Source of the DNA: a virus
Lineage: Duplodnaviria > Caudoviricetes
Virus record (IMG/VR): IMGVR_UViG_3300044724_006410
Location: 1-36,065 of that record
DNA length: 36,065 nucleotides
Strand: one strand, 5' to 3'
The notes under the pieces were generated by a model. That model ran no database searches. It saw only the letters and a list, made by a program, of their open reading frames with translations, and was not told the origin of the DNA. Each line of letters starts with the position of its first letter. Position 1 is the first letter of the stretch. The position numbers and the translations under genes were made by a program. This document shows, piece by piece, positions 28,229 to 36,039 of the stretch.

Positions 28229-28450
28229 TTATTTTTTAGGTTTTACTGCTTTCCATAATTGATCAACCAATTTAGCCTTGGTTAATCTTTTGTCTAACTC
28301 AATGCCATGGGCACGGCCTAGTTGTTCTAGATCGTTCTTTGTCATCTTTGTTAGTTCTGCTTTTTTCATTACAACAGGTTTATCAAGAACCAATGGTGCT
28401 TCTTTCTCTAAATCTGCTGGCATGAAAACACTTTTAAGCCACTTTAACAT
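28229..28450 (-). CDS. Small protein with Rho-N/HeH-like nucleic-acid-binding motif
   Basis: LTKMTKNDLEQLGRAHGIELDKRLTKAKLVDQL; AGGAG SD. Confidence 0.65.
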   Translation of the reverse strand: MLKWLKSVFMPADLEKEAPLVLDKPVVMKKAELTKMTKNDLEQLGRAHGIELDKRLTKAKLVDQLWKAVKPKK

Positions 28451-28451
28451 A

Positions 28452-29015
28452 TTATTCTCCTGATTTGTCTTTAAGTGTAATTACTCCGCAGGCAACTCTT
28501 TCACCTGCGTTTCCGGTTTTGAGTGATTCTTCGTCTCCACCTTTACCCAAATCATCTTCATCTGAATGGATAACAATGGCTCGACCAACTACGCTACGGT
28601 CTCCACTTAGATCTACTCTTTTTGCAACTATGGTGAAATCGGCTACGCCGGACGGGTTCGCTGTGATATTTCCTAAATCTCCTACATGCCCTTTATCAAC
28701 ATCACCGTGGTCTACACCATCGGGATCATAATGAGGACCGGCAGAATCACAACCATTTGACAAATCACCAAATTCATGTATATGAAATCCGTGCTTGCCA
28801 GGCTCTAGGCCAGTAATCCTACCTTTAATTAGAGTTGGTTCACCAGGACGTTGCATAAACAGTATTTGACCTTTTACTTTATCTGTGTGGATTAGTTCTG
28901 ATACAACAGCATAAACAGTTTCGTTTGCTTCTGTGAGTGCATTAACACTTTCACACCAGCACTGCTTCGCTTTTGTTCTCGGACAACTTGTTTGTGTTAG
29001 TTCCGTTATTTTCAT
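28452..29015 (-). CDS. sodC: Cu,Zn superoxide dismutase, eukaryote SOD1-like, with an N-terminal extension of about 30 aa
   Basis: HGFHIHEFGD, GC.SAGPHY.P, HG, HVGDLGN, GRAIVIH, DDLGKGG.EESLKTGNAGERVACGVI; start reassigned to ATG 29015. Confidence 0.93.
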   Translation of the reverse strand: MKITELTQTSCPRTKAKQCWCESVNALTEANETVYAVVSELIHTDKVKGQILFMQRPGEPTLIKGRITGLEPGKHGFHIHEFGDLSNGCDSAGPHYDPDGVDHGDVDKGHVGDLGNITANPSGVADFTIVAKRVDLSGDRSVVGRAIVIHSDEDDLGKGGDEESLKTGNAGERVACGVITLKDKSGE

Positions 29016-30039
29016 GTAGATATTTATGCAGATTAGCACTAGCCAAATTTTTTGCTTTGCTTTCTACCATAATATCTGCATAATCACGAAATGACAACGC
29101 CCAGTCATTAACTGCATCATTCCACATATAATCACTGTGGGCACGTAATTTTTGTTTCTTATAACCTGCTTCTAGTAGCGTAGGCATATCAGGTTTAACA
29201 TCTGTAGGAAAATCCACAAGACAATCTTCACGTGACACTGAATAATGTATCACAGGACGCACACCACGCCAACTATCTATTATGCGACTAAATCTATCGT
29301 CGGTTGGTAGAATGTATTCTCCACTATTGACCCAGTGATGGTGTATGTCAAGAACGAGTGCGACGTGGTCGACAAGTTCGAGGCTTGCGTCGATGCCCCA
29401 CGACATTTCGTCATTTTCGATCGTGATGGTGTTTCTTGCTTCGGGCGAGAGTCGCGGTAAGACGTCGATGATGCCTTGTGGACCTTTTCTACCCGATATG
29501 TGTACATTGCATTTAAAGTCTTGAAATGAGTTGCCGTATCCCATCCACCTGATGACATCCACATGATATTCAAACTCCTCTATACTTCTATTTACTATAT
29601 CAGGGTTGTCAGAGGCCAACACAGTAAACTGACCAGGATGCATAGACAACCGTACATCAAGTTCTCTTGCAACTTCGCCGACCCTTGCGAAATGTTGTTC
29701 ACAATACTTGACCACATCAGGTAGTTTCCAGTAATAGCACCAAGTAGGCTCAGTGTATACAGGAAGGACATCACTGCCCAGTCTAACCATTCGTAATTCA
29801 TTTGGTAGTCCTCCTACATATCTAATCAAGTTCTCAAACGACTTGATGTTGTGTACCATAATATCCCATAGGCGCTGTTCAGCATCTTCACGTGTTTGCC
29901 TGTTGAGCCAAGCAACTGTTGTGCTTCTTGTGTTAAGTGGACGTTGAATTTCTTCTAGTAGTTTCTTCTTCTGTGTTTGATCTGGGTGCATGTACTTACA
30001 TGCGAAGCCTATACGTTTAGTCTGGGTTTGAGAATTCAT
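28951..30039 (-). CDS. uvsE: UV-damage endonuclease (UvsE/UVDE)
   Basis: RIGFAC, RLGSD..P, RLSMHPGQFTVLAS, IENDE, LDIHHH, HYS, AHSD, DIMVESKAK. Confidence 0.93.
   Translation of the reverse strand: MNSQTQTKRIGFACKYMHPDQTQKKKLLEEIQRPLNTRSTTVAWLNRQTREDAEQRLWDIMVHNIKSFENLIRYVGGLPNELRMVRLGSDVLPVYTEPTWCYYWKLPDVVKYCEQHFARVGEVARELDVRLSMHPGQFTVLASDNPDIVNRSIEEFEYHVDVIRWMGYGNSFQDFKCNVHISGRKGPQGIIDVLPRLSPEARNTITIENDEMSWGIDASLELVDHVALVLDIHHHWVNSGEYILPTDDRFSRIIDSWRGVRPVIHYSVSREDCLVDFPTDVKPDMPTLLEAGYKKQKLRAHSDYMWNDAVNDWALSFRDYADIMVESKAKNLASANLHKYLHENNGTNTNKLSENKSEAVLV
29021..29026 (-). promoter_or_regulatory. TAAATA-N5-ATG promoter of the SOD gene, inside the 3' end of uvsE
   Basis: CATAAATA tctac ATG. 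Confidence 0.65.
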
Positions 30040-30739
30040 CTTTTAATATTTTCCAAGTTTCTTTATAGTCTTTTATATTATAACAGAAGCCAAGATCCTT
30101 GTCAAGTATAATTTTCTTTAATGGATAATCATTTCCTTTTGGATCAGTTCTATCTCCAAAAAAGTGTAAAATATCATTGTGTGGATCAAAATCTTTGATA
30201 ATTTGGCTTTTGTCGTTGCCCTTTTCAAAAATATCTAGTCCAGTTTCTCCGCCTACTACCGCTTGTAGATTTGGAAATTCTTTGTTAAATTGTTTTGCTA
30301 GTTTGTTTCGTTCGTTATGCTCTTGATCATATTTTACATAAAACTTGCGTTCACCTAGTGTAGCATGACGTCCAACTATACTAAAATTAACCATACCAGG
30401 ACGTTCCTCAATATGTAATCCTGTTCTTAAAACAAAACGACTTTCGTCTAGTTTGATGTTTAACCAATTACGTGCATCGTCAGGTAACGTCCAATCTGTT
30501 GTGTAAATGTTTTTACCATGTTCGTAAACGTCACTGCCTGAACAGTTATACACAAGTTCTACACTTTCACAAAGTTTTTTACCTAGTTGTTCTACTGTTT
30601 TAGGATAGTCACTGCCCGTGACAAGATAAACATAATTTTCTTTTGTAAAGTTTAAAAACCAATCGTGGAATGCAGGATCTATCTTTTGTCTGCTTGGTGT
30701 GAGAGTGCCGTCAACGTCGAATATAAATCTGTATACCAT
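30017..30739 (-). CDS. Phosphomannomutase, eukaryotic-type HAD-IIB
   Basis: FDVDGTLTPSRQKI, IEERPGMVNFSIVGR, GGETGLDI, FFGDR...GNDYP. Confidence 0.85.
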   Translation of the reverse strand: MVYRFIFDVDGTLTPSRQKIDPAFHDWFLNFTKENYVYLVTGSDYPKTVEQLGKKLCESVELVYNCSGSDVYEHGKNIYTTDWTLPDDARNWLNIKLDESRFVLRTGLHIEERPGMVNFSIVGRHATLGERKFYVKYDQEHNERNKLAKQFNKEFPNLQAVVGGETGLDIFEKGNDKSQIIKDFDPHNDILHFFGDRTDPKGNDYPLKKIILDKDLGFCYNIKDYKETWKILKDEFSNPD

Positions 30740-30746
30740 TTATACA

Positions 30747-31331
30747 TTACTCGTCGTAAGTAAACCAACCAGTGATGATATATTTGTAACCATCATAAAT
30801 TGGATTGCCTCTGTGAGGGTGTTGCCATGTTGCAGGGAAGAATACTAGTTTACCTGCTACAGGTTTTGTTTTCATTCCTTGATATAAGAATTCTGTTTCG
30901 CCGCCTTCTTTGACTGTGTTAAGATACAGCATATAAACAGCAACACGATTACCTGCAGAAATACTATTGTTTTCGATATGCCAAATATGATATGCTTCTT
31001 TAGGACCGTTTCGTTGCACACTCATTCCTTTAGGAGAGTGCTTAACCATGCTGTCTTTTAGTACAGTAAATTCAGGTATGTATTTTTTGTAGTAGTGTTC
31101 GCCTACAACTTTGTAAAATTCTTCAACAAGTTCAGGATCATGATAGAACATATTGTGATGTGGTGCCCAATCATAAACTACTCTTGTGTCTTGGTTGTAT
31201 TTGATACTGCCATCATAGTCTGATGTTTGCTTTTGTTTGCACATTTCTTCAAAACGATCGATAACTTTATCGCAATACTCTTTTGAAAATGCACCTGGAT
31301 ATTCTCTAATATATGATTCTGCTATACTCAT
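30747..31331 (-). CDS. 2OG-Fe(II) oxygenase (prolyl-hydroxylase-like)
   Basis: YHIWHIE, YLN, GGETEF, HPHRGNP, KYIITGW. Confidence 0.85.
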   Translation of the reverse strand: MSIAESYIREYPGAFSKEYCDKVIDRFEEMCKQKQTSDYDGSIKYNQDTRVVYDWAPHHNMFYHDPELVEEFYKVVGEHYYKKYIPEFTVLKDSMVKHSPKGMSVQRNGPKEAYHIWHIENNSISAGNRVAVYMLYLNTVKEGGETEFLYQGMKTKPVAGKLVFFPATWQHPHRGNPIYDGYKYIITGWFTYDE

Positions 31332-31921
31332 TGTTCCATTCCACGTATATTTAATGTATTAAAACTTATGACCATACGGTTTTCGGTTTGATTAGTTTCG
31401 CTTCCATGTTCTAGCCAACTAGGAAAAAGATACAGTACTCCTTCCTTAGCAGGAAATTCACCATTGTCGGCATTGTACATTGTAGTTTCTTGATGTGTTT
31501 CACACATCTTATAAATTTTGGTTGGATTAAAAAATTTAAGTCCAACACTATTGTTAGGTACTTTTGGATAATAAGCACCACTAATTACACTGTTTTCATG
31601 TCTGTGTGGAACCAGTGTGCTGTCATTGTCCATAATACTCATCCAACTGTTTGATATTACACACTGCGTTAATCCTGCTGTTTCAATATATGCATTTACA
31701 CAATTTGTAAAACATTCTTTTAAACGTTTTACTAGTGGATGATCAACATCAAGTATATTGTGATTCCCAGCAAAGTATGAACTCTGTGCATTAACCAGTA
31801 AAGGGTGAGGTTTAGTTTGTTCTTTTAGCAATACACTTTGTAGAAGTTTAGTATCTACATCTGCATTCAAATTGAACTCCATTACTAGAGTCGGAAATAC
31901 ATTATGAATTTGACTTTGCAT
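31328..31921 (-). CDS. 2OG-Fe(II) oxygenase (TIGR02466-like)
   Basis: HRHENSVISGAYY, LFPSWLEH, RMVISFN. Confidence 0.85.
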   Translation of the reverse strand: MQSQIHNVFPTLVMEFNLNADVDTKLLQSVLLKEQTKPHPLLVNAQSSYFAGNHNILDVDHPLVKRLKECFTNCVNAYIETAGLTQCVISNSWMSIMDNDSTLVPHRHENSVISGAYYPKVPNNSVGLKFFNPTKIYKMCETHQETTMYNADNGEFPAKEGVLYLFPSWLEHGSETNQTENRMVISFNTLNIRGMEQ

Positions 31922-31922
31922 A

Positions 31923-32828
31923 TTACTTCCAGTTATTTACTACCCACGGGTCATTACAGTTGTGAGGATTGGGATCTCCGTGAAATACTGCAATACAACA
32001 ATTTTCATCAGGTTGAGCGTTTTCTTTATGAATGAATTTACGCTCGCCTTTTTGTCCTGCTGATAGTTGTCTATCTTTTCTTACTTCCCATTTATAACTT
32101 CTAATCCATTCGTCAGGCCAAAGTTTTGCTGTTCCTCTTGCGGCTGTCCATAACCAGTCTTGGTCTCCAAAATGGCTACCTATAACTTTTTGTGGATCAT
32201 CATTAAAACGTTTCCACACGTCATGAAGTTGACCTTTTCTAAATCTAATTACAGAACTGTTATACTTTTCCCATTTCGGTTGCATTGCACGAGTAAAGTC
32301 TCTGATTACACACCACTCACCTGGTTGATACGTAAACAGTTTGTCTAGGTTTCCTGAGATTACAACATCTAGATCCATATAAAGAATTGTACAATTATCT
32401 GGCAAAGGTAGATTGTTATTATACATATAAGGCTTGCACCACCAACCTGTTAAGTCTTTAGGTAAATCAATGCACTGTATATCAGGATTCAACCCTGCTT
32501 TGTCATCAGTTAGACACACCATAGTAAACGGAATGCTAAGATTTCTTTTTACCATGTTGTATAGAATGTTAACATATTCAGCACTATACTTTGTGCCATG
32601 TTTCAAGCACATTACATAATTGTTAATGCCGGGATTTTCTGCAATCTTTTTTGCACGAAGTTGTTCGTATTCTTTACGATTGACTGCATCATAGGAAGGA
32701 TAACCTTTTTCAAATACTGGACTAGACCCTGCTTTTTCAGCACTCTTTTGTGCCTTAGCATTTCTACGTTCCTGACGTATTCTTGCCCACTCAGCCTTGG
32801 TGTATTTTGATTTGTCTATCTTTGCCAC
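31923..32828 (-). CDS. GT-A fold glycosyltransferase with basic N-terminal extension
   Basis: CLKHGTKYSAEYVNIL, CLTDD, YMDLDVVI (DxD), NSSV, GDQDW, VFHGDPNP. Confidence 0.8.
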   Translation of the reverse strand: MAKIDKSKYTKAEWARIRQERRNAKAQKSAEKAGSSPVFEKGYPSYDAVNRKEYEQLRAKKIAENPGINNYVMCLKHGTKYSAEYVNILYNMVKRNLSIPFTMVCLTDDKAGLNPDIQCIDLPKDLTGWWCKPYMYNNNLPLPDNCTILYMDLDVVISGNLDKLFTYQPGEWCVIRDFTRAMQPKWEKYNSSVIRFRKGQLHDVWKRFNDDPQKVIGSHFGDQDWLWTAARGTAKLWPDEWIRSYKWEVRKDRQLSAGQKGERKFIHKENAQPDENCCIAVFHGDPNPHNCNDPWVVNNWK

Positions 32829-32833
32829 GAGGA

Positions 32834-33283
32834 TTATCCCTCATAGATTGCTGAATTTGCACCGTGTTCTGCACATTCTACTTTAACGCAATAACAACGA
32901 TTGTTTGTTTTTTCTCTAATTAGTTTGTCTGCAAAATTAAATGCGTGTTCCGCGAACTTCTCTGCACCAACACCATCAAACACTGTAATCTCTGCTAGTC
33001 CTTTTCTTTCAAGATCACGCATAGTTCTCATCTCTGGATCTGCTGAATCAACTACAACCTTGTGATCAAAACTGTCTTCTAGCCACTTCTTCAAAGGTTT
33101 TAGTCCGCCAAAGTCTACTGCCCAGTTTTTGTTGTCTAGTTCATCACAACCAAATGTGAATGTAAATGCTAGACTATAACCATGTAGCAGATGACAGTGT
33201 GAATGATCTGCGTTTGGTTGTCTAAAGACCGCCGAAAGACCGATGTTGTGCCCATAATGTTTTGTACTTAAATGCCTTGCCAT
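32834..33283 (-). CDS. queD: 6-carboxy-5,6,7,8-tetrahydropterin synthase (QueD/PTPS family)
   Basis: HSHCHLLHGY, VDFGGLK, FDHK, AEKFAE, VECAEH. Confidence 0.88.
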   Translation of the reverse strand: MARHLSTKHYGHNIGLSAVFRQPNADHSHCHLLHGYSLAFTFTFGCDELDNKNWAVDFGGLKPLKKWLEDSFDHKVVVDSADPEMRTMRDLERKGLAEITVFDGVGAEKFAEHAFNFADKLIREKTNNRCYCVKVECAEHGANSAIYEG

Positions 33284-33294
33284 TGTTGCTCCTG

Positions 33295-33555
33295 TTATTT
33301 GTTCCCGTTGATAAGTTTCTGTCCAAGATCTCTAATACCTTGTGATAAATTGTTTTTTAATCCTAATTGGCTATCAACTACTGCTTGTACTATCTTAATT
33401 AGTCCAACATTATCAACCACAAAATTTTCTGACTGTATGTTGATGCCATTGCCGTCCATGATCTTTACTAGTTCAGCAGATATTTGTTGTGTAATCTCCT
33501 GACTTTTTTGTTCAGGGGTTACTGTGTTACCTGGAAACTCTATAATATTTGTCAT
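33295..33555 (-). CDS. Hypothetical protein
   Basis: 86 aa ORF with AGGA SD, first gene downstream of a sigma70 promoter. Confidence 0.65.
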   Translation of the reverse strand: MTNIIEFPGNTVTPEQKSQEITQQISAELVKIMDGNGINIQSENFVVDNVGLIKIVQAVVDSQLGLKNNLSQGIRDLGQKLINGNK

Positions 33556-33578
33556 AATAAATCCTTTAATATTATATT

Positions 33579-33606
33579 AGTATAACAGATTATTTAGATT
33601 TGTCAA
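33579..33606 (-). promoter_or_regulatory. Sigma70 promoter (extended -10) with embedded TAAATA
   Basis: TTGACA (33606-33601), 16 nt spacer containing TAAATA (33596-33591) and ending in TGn, then TATACT (33584-33579). Confidence 0.7.
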
Positions 33607-34210
33607 TTAGTTTTTTGAAATTTTCGTAATTATCGATAAAAAAATTATCAAACTGATCCCATTCTTCTGGTGGTTGCCAATCGTCTGGTTGTATTTGTAA
33701 GAACTTGATGTTTGGATAGAGTTCAAATAATTTTGCAGTTTGATATATCCAATAGGAAGGATCTGTTGCTGGTTTAGTATCGTCGTTATAGTTTTCAGTG
33801 CTTTTGTATATGTTATTGAATAGTTTATCAGTGCTATATAAATCAAAACCTAACATTACTACAAACTTTGGCTCCATTGTACAAGCCAAATTAATTGCAT
33901 GTCCACCACTGCCCCATTGGAACGGATCATCTATTCTTTTGTCACCTTTATATGGTAGTTCCGGCAACTCTCTTACATTTTGCCAATAACTAAAGTTCTT
34001 TCGCCAATCGGGTCTAGTGTATAATGGATTTTTATAATTGTTGTTTACTGCTTCGCTAACCATTCTACGATCACAACAAACTAGATAGTTGGGTATAAAA
34101 TCTCTATGCACAGCGTTGGTTCCAATAGACTCTCCTAACCATTCTAGTGAATAGAGGTCAAATTCGCTTCTACTTTCACCATTACCGATGACTGTGATAT
34201 ACTTGCTCAT
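33590..34210 (-). CDS. Maf/MptE/sialyltransferase-like Rossmann protein (putative glycosyltransferase)
   Basis: VIGNGESR, GTNA..RD, SGGHAINLA, VMLGFD; TAAATA-N5-ATG upstream (34216-34221). Confidence 0.6.
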   Translation of the reverse strand: MSKYITVIGNGESRSEFDLYSLEWLGESIGTNAVHRDFIPNYLVCCDRRMVSEAVNNNYKNPLYTRPDWRKNFSYWQNVRELPELPYKGDKRIDDPFQWGSGGHAINLACTMEPKFVVMLGFDLYSTDKLFNNIYKSTENYNDDTKPATDPSYWIYQTAKLFELYPNIKFLQIQPDDWQPPEEWDQFDNFFIDNYENFKKLIDKSK

Positions 34211-34218
34211 AGCAGTAT

Positions 34219-34551
34219 TTACTTACGATTATCTTTGAGGTCTTGAAAAAGTTGGCGTATAACTTTGAGATCTGTTAGAACTTCTTGTATTCCATCTTCT
34301 GCTTTGTGTACCCTATCTGAAATATGACCGATAGTGTTTACAGTCCAGAACCACCAAACAACAGCAGTTACAGCAAACATAATACCAGCAACAACTAGGA
34401 TGTCGCTAAGTTGTAGCATATCCATTTTATAACACATAAACCCTACTCCAGCAAATACAAAAGGTGCGAGTTTAGCAAAGAGGTTCCAATAGCGAACTTC
34501 TTTTTTAATGCGGGTAGGAATATCCTTCTTTAAAAAGATTACGTTCTTCAT
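34219..34551 (-). CDS. Two-TM membrane protein with C-terminal coiled coil
   Basis: Two hydrophobic helices; TAAATA-N5-ATG upstream (34557-34562). Confidence 0.7.
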   Translation of the reverse strand: MKNVIFLKKDIPTRIKKEVRYWNLFAKLAPFVFAGVGFMCYKMDMLQLSDILVVAGIMFAVTAVVWWFWTVNTIGHISDRVHKAEDGIQEVLTDLKVIRQLFQDLKDNRK

Positions 34552-34592
34552 ACCAATATTTATTATTTGTTAGTGAATTATAAAGTTGATGG

Positions 34593-35699
34593 TTAATATG
34601 GCTTGCCGATAAAACCGAAACTGTTCCACTGACCTGGATTACCGCCGGCAGTGCAAATCCATCCTACAGGAGCGTCTTCCTTAGGACTTTTATTCCATAC
34701 CGTATCGCCTTTGTTCCAACTGCCTTTTAGTGGTGGCCTATCAGCAACAGTAAACACTCTGTTTTGAAATTTGATGTTACCCACAGCATCTAAACTGTGT
34801 TGTGGATTTTTGATGCCTATTCCAACTTTTCCGTATATGTGATGAACTGCATCATTGTTGCCTTCGTTACCTATAGTAATATTACCACTTGGGTCTATGC
34901 TTAAACGTACTTGGTCATCTGTAATTAGGCCAACGCTTTTATTGTTATAAGCACCTAGTTTAATAATACCTTCATCAGCATCAACTATAAAGTTAGTATC
35001 AAATGCAAAGTTAAAAATAGCAAGATCACCTGCAGGCTTGTCTGTTCCTAATCCAAGTCTATCCAAGTTAGGATCAAAGAATATATGCTCACCTATTTCA
35101 ACTCGGCCGCTTACTTTAAGATTTTTAAGTTGTCCTACCTGTTGTAAACTACTTTTGACAACACTAGAACCTAGTGTTGATTGTGTAAGCACATCTTGTT
35201 GTCCTATCATAAAGGACTTGTCTTTGTGTAGTTCAAGTGGTTCTGTTGAATAAAATCTATCAGGTTTATCAAGATACACAAACTGCTTTGTATAGCGTTT
35301 AGGGTGTGTCCATATAAAGCCTGTACCTACACTGCTTTGTCTTTTGTTTTTATGGCTAAACTCAACATACTGTCTTTCAGTTGTTTCGTCGGCAATAAGT
35401 TGTTTGGTTATTAGTTCATCTACTTCTAGTTTACCAGCAACAAAAACATTCTTTTTAAAATTAGCATTTCCTGCAATATCAATATCACTGTTAATAGATT
35501 TTGTTTTAATATTGTCGACTATTATTGTGTCATCAACAACAGTCAAAGAAATACGACTAGCACGATCATCTATACCGTCACTGCTAAAATTTTGTATAGG
35601 TCCACCTTTGACCCACTCGCCTGGAAACTCGCCCTTTTTAATATCTAATTGCGAGACCCTAATATTGTCGATTGGTTTATCAAAGGTTGCTACAGGCAT
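34593..35699 (-). CDS. Virion fibre/spike-like protein
   Basis: LGLGTDKP and VGIGIKNPQHSLD fibre motifs; C-terminal GDTVWN..P....GWIC motif; start reassigned to ATG 35699 (TAATG coupling). Confidence 0.65.
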   Translation of the reverse strand: MPVATFDKPIDNIRVSQLDIKKGEFPGEWVKGGPIQNFSSDGIDDRASRISLTVVDDTIIVDNIKTKSINSDIDIAGNANFKKNVFVAGKLEVDELITKQLIADETTERQYVEFSHKNKRQSSVGTGFIWTHPKRYTKQFVYLDKPDRFYSTEPLELHKDKSFMIGQQDVLTQSTLGSSVVKSSLQQVGQLKNLKVSGRVEIGEHIFFDPNLDRLGLGTDKPAGDLAIFNFAFDTNFIVDADEGIIKLGAYNNKSVGLITDDQVRLSIDPSGNITIGNEGNNDAVHHIYGKVGIGIKNPQHSLDAVGNIKFQNRVFTVADRPPLKGSWNKGDTVWNKSPKEDAPVGWICTAGGNPGQWNSFGFIGKPY

Positions 35700-35857
35700 T
35701 ACAATTCTTCTACAATACCAAGTACTTCTGCCATAATGAATAGCACACCGGCTAACCATAAATCAGCAAATATTAATGCACCGCCAGCAACAATCCTAAT
35801 GCCGCTTTTAACCATGCTAATATAAAAGTGTTTTTTACTTACGTCTTTAGGTTCCAT
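35699..35857 (-). CDS. Small membrane protein (52 aa), not in the ORF track
   Basis: MEPKDVSKKHFYISMVKSGIRIVAGGALIFADLWLAGVLFIMAEVLGIVEEL*; TAATG overlaps at both ends. Confidence 0.75.
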   Translation of the reverse strand: MEPKDVSKKHFYISMVKSGIRIVAGGALIFADLWLAGVLFIMAEVLGIVEEL

Positions 35858-36039
35858 TATTTTACCTCAACAAGTGGATCGCTGATGTAGGAATCGTTGT
35901 AGTCACCATTCTTTTTATATTGACGCAAACTAGTTTCTTTTACAAGTTGACCGTCTTTAACAGTATATGTAACATACTCTGCTTTAATAACACCTTTTTT
36001 ATTTCTTTCAATGTGTTCTTTCATAGGCCCGTCTTCCAT
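35857..36039 (-). CDS. Hypothetical protein
   Basis: 60 aa ORF with AGGAG SD and TGATG overlap. Confidence 0.65.
   Translation of the reverse strand: MEDGPMKEHIERNKKGVIKAEYVTYTVKDGQLVKETSLRQYKKNGDYNDSYISDPLVEVK

Noticed and set aside
29280-29801. Alternate-frame ORFs within uvsE (97 and 68 aa)
   Set aside because: No SD, promoter or motif; the higher local GC explains the scarcity of stop codons.
1696-35736. Many plus-strand ORFs in the track (e.g. 1933..2406, 12926..13342, 18294..18857, 35344..35736)
   Set aside because: They are antisense shadows of well-supported minus-strand genes, with no motifs or SD sites.
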